Shown here: in pieces, positions 50,259 through 63,503 of the stretch
Position numbering within the stretch: the stretch's first letter is position 1
Layout: every line of letters begins with the position of its first letter
Assembly: GCA_973895155.1 (NCBI GenBank)
Contig: OZ316892.1
Location: 7,423,251-7,487,250, forward strand
Source of the DNA: Marsupella aquatica
Taxonomy: Eukaryota; Plantae; Marchantiophyta
Length of the DNA: 64,000 nt
Reading direction: 5' to 3'
The notes under the pieces: generated by a model
Database searches by the model: none
Seen by the model: the letters and a program-made list of their open reading frames with translations, nothing else
Told to the model about the DNA's origin: nothing
Program-made: the position numbers and the translations under genes

Positions 50259-50700
50259 ATGGTAGCGGTGGCATATCAGAACGCTACACCAGCACATAAC
50301 CTTTCAATATCGGCACGGGCTGAAGCTCAAGGCAAAACAGTTAGCCCTGCCGAGTCGTTGCTGAGCATCCCTCGCGGAGATGTCACCGCCAGCTTGAACT
50401 TCTACAGGTCCGTTCCGCTCAATTACGTTGAGACACCTCCGGCGGGTCAGCCTAAGAGCAACTAAGGTGAGTTCATAACCCGGTGACTATTTGTGACATC
50501 CGGGGCCACAACGATGAGTACGGCCTGGACAACAATGCGTTCGCAGTGGTTCGCAACGTGCCTGATTCTGCAGAAAAAGGATTTCACATCCGGCGAATCG
50601 ATTAAGCAGAACTACTACCCCGAGGGTTGAAAAAGTGCTGCTTGAAAACGTCCCCGGCAGCCACATAGTATTCATCTTTGACCACACCAGCCGCCGCCCG
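50259..50700 (+). pseudogene. Truncated pseudogene of a CmcJ/asaB/NvfI-family oxygenase, fungal-like
   Basis: Reading across one stop and about three frameshifts gives ...IPRGDVTASLNFY..PLNYVETPPAGQPKSN*GE/HNPVTICDIRGHNDEYGLDNNAFAVVRNVPDSAEK/DFTSGESIKQNYYPE/VEKVLLENVPGSHIVFIFDHTSRR. This contains the family motifs DIRG, LDxxxF, YYPEVE and FDHTxRR. Confidence 0.8.
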
Positions 50701-53049
50701 GTCAAAGGCGGTGCTGGGTAGGAGAATAATTTGTGAATTTTAGATAAACAATATCCCTAACATTCTTCAGACACCTGAACTTCGCCTCTCTGGCTAATAA
50801 GGAAAAACCTCAAAGATTACACTGGGAATGAGGCTAAAGAAACGGGATGCGTGGCCGCATGCAGGAAAGAGGGAAGGAATATAACGAATCAGGAAAGCAA
50901 TCGATGAGCAATTGAACTTCAATCTACTTGGATGGCAATTCGTGTACAATCGTTGGATGAATGTGGTGCTCATCATCTTCCTGAGTACGCATGCAATTTG
51001 GATGTAATACTCTATGTCCCAGCTTCTCACCGTATCGTTGATAGAGCTTCTTCTGTGATCACATGGGGACCGACAGTATAGTATACTCTGTGAGCTCTCT
51101 GCTTCCTTGAACTGTCTATTCCTTTGCAAGTACAGTAGTAGGTTGAAGCAATTTGTTGCATCTCCCTGCGGCAATCTGAGCTCTGTTAATATTAATTAAC
51201 ACTGAGTTCCCAACCAGGTCGAAGCATTTTCTCAAGCTCCCACAAAGAGATCTTAACTCGATCTACTCGCCCTCGCCCTCTCTCTCGGTCTCGTTGCTAC
51301 TACAATGTAACCAATGAACTATTAATATTGGCTAAACCCTCGAAGGTCCGGAGGCAGCTGCAGGGTTTCAGGTGGAATTGACGACATCTACCTAAAATTC
51401 CCTTTAACTTGTTCTTTTGATTTTCTTGATCGACGAAATCTCGCCAGTTCGGTCATCAAAGGATGCGAATCGACCTTAGAGTGAAGCCAACAACTAACGT
51501 CCAGCTTCTGACATGACCGCAGTGCTTGTGCAGATACGTCGGGGTAGATACTCCTGTACCTTCCAGCTGCTTCAACTAGAAGTTGCAGATCCACAGTCTC
51601 TGCCTTGCCAACTTACAGGTCCCGTGTTCCGAAATCATGCATGCTCTCCCTCACTCACAGGCATTTCGGTGACACCCGGACGTTTCATCACCAGAATGGC
51701 GTGTAATCCGTAGGCACAAAAGGAAACCGTTCTCTTGGGAAATTGAACTCGGCGATGCGCTCTGGATTAAGAAGCCCGACAAGTCACCTAGAAAGAATCT
51801 ACCATTGCTCCTCCACGTAAGTGGTGGTTATTTTGACCACAGGAAATCAAGTCTTTGCACCAATTCAGCAGCTCTAGTTGTGGTGTTTGGCCAAACTTGC
51901 GTTTTACAGACTTGCACAGCCGCCGCCGAAAGTAGCTACTTCACTTCGTGAAATCTTGTTCAGCAGGGCGTGTGTGTTTTTGAGAACTACTTTTTGACTA
52001 ATGAAGGCAATGCACCTGTTGTGCAGGGATGGATTGTGGCAATTGGTCAGAAACTGGACTCTACCCTTGCTGACACCATATGCTTTGGGATCGAGAATTG
52101 TTTCTGGCTTAGAATCAAAGGAAGCCCTGCGAGACAAACACCTCCAAGATGACGCAGTAGCACCAGACAGCTACATGTATAAATGCGCACGGTAAACATG
52201 TCTAAATGCGCACAACAATAACACTGGTTGATCCACTTCTTAACAGGCACAAAGCTGGGTATGATCTGCAATCCAAACCCCAGACCATGTACCAGAGTAT
52301 TAATTGGGTTCGAGGATGAATGATTAATTAAAAGAATTCTGGCGCCCAGAACACACATTCGACAGTTTGGAAGACATGGTGGCCGTTTTGGGAAATTGGG
52401 AAGAAATCAAAATCCAGACGCAACAGCAAAAAAAGGGGCAAACGGCTCTGGAAAGCATATTTTTTTGGTGAAAAAGTCTCCGAACACATGTTTTGGCTAG
52501 GAGGCAGCGAATACCATAAAACTATACTCAGAAAAAGTCTCGGCTGGAACAAATTGAAGTGGCCAATCGTGAGGGTAGGATGCAATATAAATAACTTTTC
52601 GAATAAGCATTGGAAACCAGGGTATGACTCTGGTACCATAGTGCTAGATGACACTGCCCTACACACTGCGTGAAAGTAAATTACTCGGGGTGCGACAACC
52701 CACAAATGAGCTCAAAAAATTTGCTCTCTAAATTTCCCGTTCCTCCTGATCTGGGCCTTGATGCCACCTGTCCATGTACCAAAATAAATAGAACAAAACA
52801 ACAACGTTTCATGGCTGCGTCCAAATCCATTCTGCCCATCTTTAATCTTATCCCTTGCTAGTGCTGCACTTGTGGGGTTCTCATTCTGTGCTTTAAACCT
52901 TCGATAGTGCAAACCCGGGTGTTGTTATTCTCCGATGTAATTCCCACAAGCACCCAGGTATTGGTGTTCAATGCATCCAAGGACTATGCATCAAAGGACT
53001 TGGTGTCGTTATAAAATGCATCCAAGGACCTAAGCATCAAATTGATTGG

Positions 53050-53285
53050 AAAGACTGTTTGGTACATAAAAGCGATTTCGTTGATTCGCTTGTCTTATGA
53101 CGAGTAGTATATCTAAGTCGATTGGGAGGAAAGTCGTATGATTCAAATATTAAGACTGTTTGGTACATAAAAACGATTTCGTTGATTCACTTATCGAATG
53201 ACGAGTAGTATGTGTAAGGCGATGGGGAGGAAAGTAGTTTGATTCAAATATATGATGACGTCGTAGTATGTCTAGTGCGTGAGGA
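53050..53285. repeat. Tandem duplication of about 100 bp
   Basis: 'aagactgtttggtacataaaa.cgatttcgttgattc.ctt...gacgagtagtat' occurs twice, plus a partial third copy. Confidence 0.8.
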
Positions 53286-53662
53286 GGAAATTAGTATACT
53301 TCGTCTCATCGAAAGGCCACACGAAACAGCTCCTTGTTTGTAACAGTTGAATTTTGGTATCTATCTTCGTCATCTCAAATTGCCCACTGGCAATGGGTTA
53401 TTTCCTAGACTTCAAGCACATTACTCTCGTTCGAATTGACAAACACATATGATTCATTACTCAAGTTCACTGCAGTTGGGCAAAAAGACTCCTTGCTCTC
53501 AGTTGAGTTGACAAGTATGCGTGAATATTCCTTCAGCGCAATGCAGAGAGTCAAAACACAGGCTCGATGAAATGTTTACAATTTTTTTATTATAAAGAGG
53601 CTTTAACTTGAAGTTTACATATGGAACATCAATCGGAAGAATGAAAATGAAATGGGAAAACT

Positions 53663-56600
53663 TCATCTTCTGCTGGCATTTCGTCTGGGTCCAGGTGAGC
53701 GCCTGCTTGACTCCAAAGAGGCTCCAGTTTTTGCCCCGTTTCCAGCTACATGTCTCTCGGCTGGTTTAGAGGTTGTTACTGAGGCTACTACTTTCATTCT
53801 GCGTTGAACATCTTCAGCGTACCTGCGCCACCAAGACTCACGATCTCGCCTTGGCATTTTTGTGTAACGCGGATCGGGCTTAAGGAGGATTTTAGCCTCC
53901 GACCAAGACGTCAGAATCAGCTTCCCCTCTTCGCCATTCTTTGTCGCTGCCTCCACTGTTATCACATCTGCAAGTAACCCTCTGTACTCTCGAACGCAAC
54001 GCTGCAAAACAATAATATGGACCACCTTACAAACGTCAAGATCGCACTGGGAATCCGCAATGTTGATCCAACTAACTCTTTAGGTCCCTTGTCTTTCCAA
54101 CAGTGAGAAAAACATAGGAATAATGTCTTCAGATTGACTCAGAATTGAGATTAAATCAGCTATTTTGCAGTAGAGAGAATCAAGAGATATACCTCAAAAA
54201 GCTCATTTATATGTTCACGGAAAAATCTTTCACGATCGGCAGGTTCAAGCTCAGGATTTGTGGCACGACCAACTGGGTCCTTTTCCAACTTTGGACGAGC
54301 TTCAGTCCAGGAAGCCTGCAAGAACAACATTCAATTAACAAAACTCAAGTCCTAGAAAGCTCTTCCAGACATGCGTAGCTTCAACAAAGGCCATGGGCTA
54401 ATAACATACCTCTGGATCTTTGATTTTTTCAGTCAAGAGTGCTTGATAGGCAGTCACAGCATCCTTGCGCCTGGCTTTCATTCTAACTCTCTCCATTTCT
54501 AGCTCCTCTCTCTCTTTCCGTTTACGCATTTCCCGTTCCCTCTCTTTCAACTTTTCCTGCGGATACACCAGAAAATTACTCACATCTCGAGTATAAACCT
54601 CTTTAAGGCATCAAGGCTTGTTTGGGCTACCATTCAACACGTAAGACATATGTGACGTACCACTCACATCCAGACGTGCGTAGAATATGAACGATTTATC
54701 TTCATATAGAAAGTAACAACAGTCCTTGAGGAAAATACAGGAGTTGAACGTCTACCTCTTCATCTCTCTTGGCCTTGGCTGCCCTCTCTGCTTCTTGTTC
54801 TGCCGATACCAATTCAGCTATGTATGCATTGAACAACCCTTCTCGTTCCTCGCGTTTTACTATGATATACCTAGGATCACTCCGGAAGCCTTCCCTGACC
54901 TGACATACACACGAACAACAATCTAGCATAATCAGCAATAATAGCACCGAAGAATATATTCCAAGAGGACATTTGTTTCCAGATAATATGACATGTAGAT
55001 AGCTGACACCAACTCAGCGTAGCTTTAGTGCGTACCTTCGACCATCGGGTGGCGATGTTGATATCAGTTCTCTCTGCTAGCATTGCTCTGAAACCTCCGA
55101 CAGCTGCTTCATGCTCCGATCTTACCCTCTCCTCCTCTGCTTTCCTCAGTGGCAGAACTCTGCATTCAATAAGAGGAGAAATGAGGGTATGTAACTGACC
55201 CACTCGGAAGAGTGATTTAATGTGCGATTCGCTCTTGAACAGTGAAGTGTAACTCCGAAACTTCGGGATACAACCAGGATTTGACTTGTAGAAGAGTCAG
55301 CACTCAATCAATCAAATAAATACAGAACTGGCTGAGAATTATGAAGGGACATCTTGTGTGGAGATCTGCAATGGCTATTGTCCAGTACTTGACAAACAGT
55401 CCACAGGATACTTTGCCAAACATGGAAGGCAAAAGTTTACCTTTACAGTCAAACCCAACCAAACACTACGAAAATCACAAAGAAAATCTACAAAAGAAAT
55501 GCCAGCATTGTTTCCACAATGATCTAAGGCAAGCACTAAGGTAATCTATGACGAAGTGTTGATACTCCATACGTCGGAGTCATCTGGAGGCAATAGGCTC
55601 CAGAGAAAAAAATAGCAGGAGGGGTTCACCGAGAAACTGCACTCATCGGTAAGGTCATGGCATGGTGTCAGTGGTACGCGATTGGTGAACTGCTAGCAGG
55701 AGGGCAGTAAAAAAAGAAACTATACCTGTAGCCAATTATGCCTCGGCGTACCGCAAAAGTGAGACAGGGTTCATCACCTTGGTATCCGAAAAATGTCTTA
55801 TCAACCACATGGACATTAAGCAACACCGATGTCAGCCATCCACACAACTATGGCCGCTCATTAATCAATTTCAATGATATTGCTTCACTGTTGCTTCCCG
55901 TGTCAGCTAACTCACTTATCAGCTCTCTTCACAGAAAAAACCCCAACATACGACTTACCGGACAGCCATGAAATATGGCATATTCAATCCGGGCTTAGCT
56001 TTAACCCTACTCCAAGCTCTCAGGCTTGATTTCTCTTTAGGGGAACTTAAAGACGTTTCAAAAGGTAAAAACCTTCCCCACAGGAGGCATAATTCAATTC
56101 CTTTATCTGCCCACAAAAGAGCTCTCATGTCCTGCTTGTCAAGTCCAAAGCCCATGCATACCTTTCATTCAAAAGTGCCTCCCGGTCCTTGCGATCCAGA
56201 GCCTCAAATCGAGAATCTTCTCCCCACGTCCTTGCAAAATGCTCGTATGTTGTGTGGAATGAGATATCCTGCAAAGTGTTACAACACTTTAGCAGTTAAT
56301 ATATCGGATGATTTCCAACTAGTTAGTCTAAATGCTAATCGATCGCACCAGCAAATATGGTCTGAAGAGAGTAGTCTGTAAGATTTTGAAGGGATATATG
56401 AAACTGATTCCCCCTAAAGACCAGGGATCTGAATCAGAGTACAGTGCTTTGTCTAGGGGAATGCAACCTACCAGATTTTGGCAGTAAGCAGACAACTGTG
56501 GTTAAACCTGGGAAGCCATCTCTGCATTTGCTGACAGACCAATAGACGGATAAGATGAGGCATGGCTGCACCAATCAGCCCGGCAAATGAGAGACCCTAA

Positions 56601-59600
56601 ATCACTGTTCCTCCTTCCACAAATCAAGGGGAGCTCATCATGTTCATGTTTCATGAGGCAGCTACTAGAATGAAATAGACACCGTAGAATGTGTATGTAG
56701 TGGACGGCGTTGGCAGCGTTCTGGAGAAACTCTCAGCTAGTACAAAACTAATAGTGAGCAATGCATAAGCAAAAGTTGCTGCTAGGTCATAACAAGGACG
56801 GAAAGTCTAAGGAGTGAGGCCAAGCTGGAAGACATCCACCTTGCTATCCTGCAAAACCTAAGATCAAGGAACATCTCGCACGTAAACCACAAGACATGTG
56901 TAAGACCTTTGTTGCCCCGTCCAGCAGTTGCTTGAATCCCTCAACGGCAGCTTTTTGTGCAGCACGCTTTTCCTTTCGCTCCTCGTCTGCTCGGGTTCGG
57001 ACATAGTGCTCAAAAATGGCTCGTCGTTCAGTGTGGCTCGGAATGGCCTATAACACATAAAACCAATCCATGTTTACAACCTTTCATAAAGGGCACACTC
57101 TTACACCTGCTAAAGAGCACACACAGTCAAGCCTTGACAACAAGGTCAGCCAAATCTTTATGCAAATTACTCTACGTCTACAGCTCCGTTACTTCCAAAA
57201 TGTTGTAAGTCATACAAAAATACTTCCATATTCACGTGCATATTCTTTCACCTTGAAACGGAGGTCAAAAATAATCTTTGGGAGCTCTTTCTCCCACTTG
57301 GAAAATGGCGCAATACCCTTCTCCTTCAGCATCTCCTGCACACATCACATCCTTCATTAGACATTATGGATGAAATAACAATTCCTGGACAGACCGAACA
57401 TGAACACAGCATTCAGGCCTGGTATGTTCACTATCGAGAAGCACTCCTTAGCTGTTAACAAATATGTCCTGGCAACGAGGTTGATGATAGTAACTTGTTG
57501 ATGTTGACTTACCCACATCCTAAGATCTATTATTTATGGAACACCACTCCAGTAGACCACGGGTTGTTGGGAAGCAGAGCGGTGGATTTATGCAAACTAA
57601 AATCAGACCAAAGGACCAACCTAGATAGCTACCATCACATGAAGCCAAGTATTTTGGCACGGAAGGGCTACGTTCTCCGTTACCTTGAATTGACCAATCC
57701 GTTCTTCTTTTGATGGTCCTGGATCCTCTTCATCACTTTCTGAGGAAGACTCCGAGGAGACTGCATCAATGGTATTTCCCTTGAGTTTCTCTTTGCCACT
57801 CTCTAACTTGTTACTGATGGCATCTGTGATTAGACCAGGGTTTCCTGTGGGACTTACACCTGGAGGTGCGGGGGATGACGAAGTGGGAGTACCAGAATCT
57901 TGAAGTTTCCTTTTAATCAAATCTAGGGCAGTATTGGTCACGAGAACTTTGTGACCTGCCGCTTCTCGTCCTCCAGTTGCAGCTGCAGGTACATTCAAAC
58001 TGAATGAAATTGTGCTCTTTTCAGCCAAGGTACCAGGTGCAGCTACATCAGCGGTAGGTTTCGCTAGTGGTTCTCCAGCTTGTGTCTTTCTATGTTCTAG
58101 AACTTCCAGGGGAACTTGCCAGCTAGTAGCCTGTCAAAAGTAAATCACAGCACCACAATCAGGCATAGTCCAGTATGACAACACTGACTAGTGCCAGGGG
58201 TAATCAGATAAAGGAACTTCTGGACATTGTCCATCATATCAGGTCACATTTATAATGCTTGGCCTCGACTGAAAACAACAAAAAAAATACGCCAAACACC
58301 TTTCGGATTCGTCAGAATGCGTAGCTAGAGAATGGGCATGATATAAATTCTTGCTATGGTAATAGCTTCTACGAAAGCTCTTAACTGTATGCTAATAACT
58401 GATGTAGTGCTATGAAATGATTTGTGATTGGGATAGGAAATAAAGGCCCAATGTTGTACCAAAATGTGGACAATCACGGTTCATATTATAGAAACTCAGT
58501 ATCAAGGTAAGTATCAAAGATCAGCTGGAAGTTTATTTAGATCAACCACCTACCTGAGATTTTGTGTTGTAATAATACTTTTTCCCATCATTTGTGGTGA
58601 CTAAAGCCCAATCAGTTCCATTTAGTCGCTCCCTGTGACAGACAAAAGGATGCTTGAGAATTCCTACTGTGCATGTCACAGTATAGATACTATTCTCCAC
58701 GAAGATTCCGGGCTTTGGACCTTTCTAATATGGTACAACATGTGATGTTTGGATCAGAAGTTCAGTATATCTTAAACTTACAAATTGACAACGACAAAAT
58801 CAACCCAGAAACGTGATGACAATGTCAAGGGTTGTGTAATGACCGTGACATACCATGAAACCGGGGTTGGTTGAGAGGTTACTTTCTCTGCCTGCAGTCC
58901 CAAAAACGCAAATTTTTTTCAGAGGGATAAGCGACAAAACGTTTCCGATCCAGATAGGATGACTTTGAATTCGTAAGACCCTTTAGAAGCTCAAAATTTT
59001 TACGAAGATCCCAAATGCGATGGTTCCTTTTAGTAGAGATCAGATCACTTAAATACCTTTCAAAAGAAAAATGTCCTCTCCAATAAAATAGACTTGTCTT
59101 AAGGGCAGAATTTACGGTTCCTTCTCAATCCCTTCCTATCAGAACGATCCTAAGGACATAAATGAGTGATGCAGAAAAGGCTAAGTGAATCAAAACATTG
59201 ATGCAATACTTGTCCTTTGAAGCCCGCAGGTTTCTCATATGTTGACTGTCCCTTGATGGAATTGTAGTAATATACTGCACCATCCGCTGTCTTGTGGGCT
59301 GTCCAGGCATCTGGAACTTCAGTAGCTTCTCCTTTCAAAGAGCTGGCGGTCGTTCTACTTGATCCGTTATCGTCTCCAGCGCCAGTGACACCAGGCTTCG
59401 GCTGAGTCAAGTCCGGAACAGCTAGCCTCCCATTGGGTTCAAAAGACACATCTCTGGGCGGGTGGGAGAACGACGGGGGCATGCCAAAAGGAGGCTGATT
59501 ACCCCAACCGCTAGCTTGTGGGTTCACCATTCCTTTCGGAAGAGATGGGTCTCTTCCAGGTCCATAAGGTCCACCGGGAGGTCCTGTTCCTGCCATGTCT

Positions 59601-61127
59601 TGCGGAGGATGAAGATGGGCAGCATACGATACTTGGAAATTACTAGGAAAATTTGAGAAGGGGGGGCGTTGCTGCATTTGGCTACCTTGCTGAGGTGCAA
59701 GCATCCAAGGTCCTAGTGATTGAGGACCTGGTACTGGACCAGAAGGATACAGTTGATACGGGGGAGGCTGTACCGGTGCAGCCGAAACAGCCGGTGGCCC
59801 GGCAGCCTGAGAAGCTCCTGGGGGTGGAGGGCCCGGTGGTGGGGGAGGTCTTGTGGACCCCAAGTGTGTACCTTCTGATGTGACTCTGCCGGTAACTGGT
59901 TGAGGTAGAGGTGCCGAGGTAGAGCCCGGGGCAGGAGGCTGCCACCTAGAAGCTGGAAAGGAGCTCATTGAAGGTCCATATGATTGAAGCGGTTGCATAG
60001 ATGAAGGTGGGGCATAAGGCCCTGCTTGCACCATACCCGAGGAGGAACCCTGAAAACCAGAAGCTAACATGTCAGGGATTTCTTCGGTTGACTAATGAGA
60101 CGTCTTATTTCCAGACGGCCATCGCATCAATGATCTTCAGAGACATCCAAACAATAACTCATCATAAGACTTGCCCCCACCATCATCATTTCAATCTTCA
60201 CAGAGTCTTTACATTACTCAGAGCTAAAAATTGAGAAAAAAAGAATGACAAACAGCAAATTCTGAATTACTTTCTCTCATTTCATCTCTCTTCTCATGTA
60301 AAATCCCAGTCTTCACCATTTCTTCTCTTGATCCTCAAAAATAAAAATATAATCATCTTTCAATCACTTGTCAACTTCCGTCCTTATACATTCCACGACG
60401 CTCTTCCTCAATGTTCTTCAGTATTGTTCCATCCCGCTCATTTCTTCCTCAGAATGCACTTAAGGAATGGAGTTTCTCGCACAGTTATGACCTGACTGTC
60501 TCAGTGGGTTTTTCTAGCTTCCTGGTCACATTGAAGAAAACACTGATCGTGCTTCTCTCTGGCACATTGGTTTCTCTCACTGGCCACAAGCAGTTACCCC
60601 CAAGGTTTCAATTTGTAAAAGATTTTCTTTGATTGGTGCACTGTTCTCTCTCCTTTGTATTGGTTTCTTCCTTGCGCTACGTGCGCTTGTACCTCACTTG
60701 TCGGCAGTTAATAAAACTTCTGATTTCACCAAAAACTAGTTCTACACGCAAAATTAATTCAGTTCATTAAGTGCCTTGGCATACAATTGAATGACAAAAA
60801 ACTCGAAGACTACAGCCCGAGACTGCAGTATATATGCAGCAAGGAAAACACACAGGAGCTTACCGGAGGAAGTGGTGGCGGAGGCGGCAGTGGTCCTCCC
60901 CCCGAATTCGCTTGACTAGGGCCCCTGTAAGGGAGTGCAGAACCGGGGGACTGGCCATAATTCGGAGGAGGTCCGGGAGGTGGACCATAGGGTTGTCGAG
61001 GAGGACCTTGAGCCTGACTGGTGCTAGTACCAGGTGCACCCCAGTGACTTTGAGGCCCAACTAGCGGTAGTTGAGGAATACCACCTCCAGGCTGCACCGG
61101 TCTTGTCTGCCATGCTTGGGTTGCCAT
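53663..61127 (-). CDS. PRP40C: Pre-mRNA-processing protein 40C (TCERG1/CA150-like; Pro-rich region, two WW domains, FF repeats), multi-exon
   Basis: Start MATQAWQ at 61127. WW1 'DAWTAHKTADGAVYYYNSIKGQSTYEKP', WW2 'GTDWALVTTNDGKKYYYN', FF motifs 'MLKEKGIAPFSKWEKELPKIIFDLRF' and 'SWSEAKILLKPDPRY'. GT-AG introns. Confidence 0.93.
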
Positions 61128-62234
61128 CCCTGGCAAGAACAACGTCGAGATGATAAGAATTACTTGCCCCGATTCCCCAAGCCAGTTAGTGTGGGATGGA
61201 ATAGGCAGCGAAGGGCACAGCATATGCATAAACCCCTGTTGCTTCGTGCAATATTGCTCAACTCGTTTCTCTCCACAGCAGATCGAGCTAGCTGGCAGCA
61301 CGTTGTGGATCATTCGAGATGGGTAGAAGTAGAATGCTTGTTAGCTAGGGCGAAGAGAGCATGAAACGAACACGGCGATGGTGGACGTGATAAGGAAACG
61401 GATAGGGCATCTCAATCCGAACGCCGTCCTGTTTTTAACGGTGAAAATTACAAATTCCACCGTACAGGGTTCCGTGCAAATTGTTTATGTGAAGACTTGC
61501 CAGTTGCGGGGACGATCTAGGGGTCCTGTTTAGAACAACGAAGAATAGTGTGACAGACAACAACAAACAATTGAACGACGCGGATAAACCAGCAAAAGGA
61601 ATTGCGTGAAGTGCTCGGATTGCACCTCCTCTCCGTTAGATTTAGAAGTCTTCCCAGATGTTGCTTGATCGACTGTCGAACCTTTGAAATCTGGAGTAGA
61701 TATAAGCCGGCATTAGCTGCGAAAAGGAACCTGAGATTGGGATCAAGCTGCACCCTATCTCTTGCAAAGCCATGAACGGCGTTCTCGTCGACTGCTGTAC
61801 ATCCCTATATGTCACAAGCTTTGCAAACTTCTAGGAGTTCCTCAGTAGAGTATCACATCACAAGTCTTGGGTGGCAAAGAAGCGCTGTCTGCTGCATTGG
61901 AGGGCCTCTGGAGGTCGCGATCTCGCTGGCCTTCGACAACCGGCAATGTGTGGGGTGTGACCATGACTCTGGGCCACACTGAGTGGAAATCGGAAATCGG
62001 AAATCAAAGACGAGGGCACAAATTCCGTTTTTGCACGACCATAAACCCGAAACGAACTTGCTCACAATTCTTCGTCGAGTCGAAGGAAACAAAAGCAAAA
62101 CGCCTAAACTTGCGGATTGCCACGCCCTAATAGGCCGATGGTGGTAGGGTCAAGGCGCCATATGTTGGAACAAACTACAGTTAAGTTGGAGCCTACTCTA
62201 GTCACATTGCACGCCTGCAGAGTCGGCCACGTGG

Positions 62235-62420
62235 TCATAATGACTTTAATATGGCCAATTTTTATTTCACTAGCCACTATAGTGACTTTCATATGGCCAA
62301 TATTTATGGCATAGTGTCACTAGCTACTATAGTGACTTTAATATGGCCAATTTTTATGGCATAGTTTTTTTCACATGGTTGTTTAAATTTTTAATTTGTT
62401 ATTGACTAGCTACTATAGTG
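62235..62420. repeat. Short tandem duplication
   Basis: 'tgactttaatatggccaattttt' and 'actagctactatagtga' occur three times each. Confidence 0.65.
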
Positions 62421-63257
62421 AATTAATGACATACAAACCGGTTTTTATGGCAAACAGTCATGAATTTGGTGGTCTATACTTCTTTTTTTGTTTGTAACAT
62501 TAAATACCAAATTAGGATATATCAAAATTGTGACGTTTCAATACCTTCTGTCAAGTACTAACCAGAGTTAGAGAAACGGTGTCTGTACGACTTCACATCG
62601 AACTATCGAAGGGGGAATATTGACCGTTGATCGAAATGTCCTCCACGACAGCCTCCTGCATCGCCCAATTACAGAGCGCCACGCGTTCCACCAGTGCCCA
62701 ACAGCACCCTCCGGGTTCCATGGAGTTGAGACGGCTAGGTGGGCTGAGGGCCCTGTCAATGGAGGATTGGAGTTTGGAGAGTGCCAACGCAAGAGTGTCG
62801 ATGACTTAAACAAATTCCTTATTCCTAGCTTTGAGATCCAAATCTGGATCACTTCAACGAAAACACTCGCACGAGAATTGGACTTGCGAGCTTTTCGAGG
62901 AGAAACTGTCTGATTTGAACAAATTACTAGGACTGGAGTTGTGTAGTTCCGAATCGGTTGGAGCCAGGCAGCCGTTCAGGAACCCTCAGTCTTCGATTTT
63001 TCATTGCTTCTCGGAAGAAATTTATGTGTCTCGGAAGACTTCTGCATGCAGTCGAGTGCCAATTGGTTGACCGATACATGTCAGGCAGATGTGTCTTTCG
63101 CAAGGCAACTAGTGCGTGCGTGTGACTGGGGACGCGCGTTGAGCAAGAGGGGAAATTCTGCGTCAGTTGGAACGTTTTTATCACTTTGCAGGGAATTTGG
63201 AGAGAAGGTTTTTGCGTCAATTTGAACTGAGTCAGAGAGAGAGAGAGAGCGAGAGAG

Positions 63258-63503
63258 ATGGCGGAGAAATCGGCGGCGTGGAGCAAGCCGAAGGAGACGA
63301 CACCGTTGCTGGTGAATGATCTCGAGAACGCCTATGGTACTACCACAAAGGCCGCTACTCCGACCGAGAAGAAGCCACCGCAGACGCTGTGGGAGTGGAC
63401 GAAGGCCGAAACGGCTTGCTACTCAAAGTATATTTGCCCTGTCATCTTAGTTAACTCGATAATTGTCATTATCCTTCTAGCTTACTTCGGCGTTCTGTCG
63501 TAG
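63258..63503 (+). CDS. Putative 81-aa tail-anchored/single-pass membrane protein, function unknown
   Basis: The ATG directly follows a (GA)n tract typical of plant 5' UTRs. The protein has an N-terminal 'ETTPLL' dileucine-like motif and one C-terminal hydrophobic helix (ICPVILVNSIIVIILLAYFGVL). Confidence 0.55.
   Translation: MAEKSAAWSKPKETTPLLVNDLENAYGTTTKAATPTEKKPPQTLWEWTKAETACYSKYICPVILVNSIIVIILLAYFGVLS

Noticed and set aside
55340-56860. Plus-strand ORFs inside PRP40C as nested genes
   Set aside because: They are antisense to PRP40C introns and exons and show no independent coding signal.
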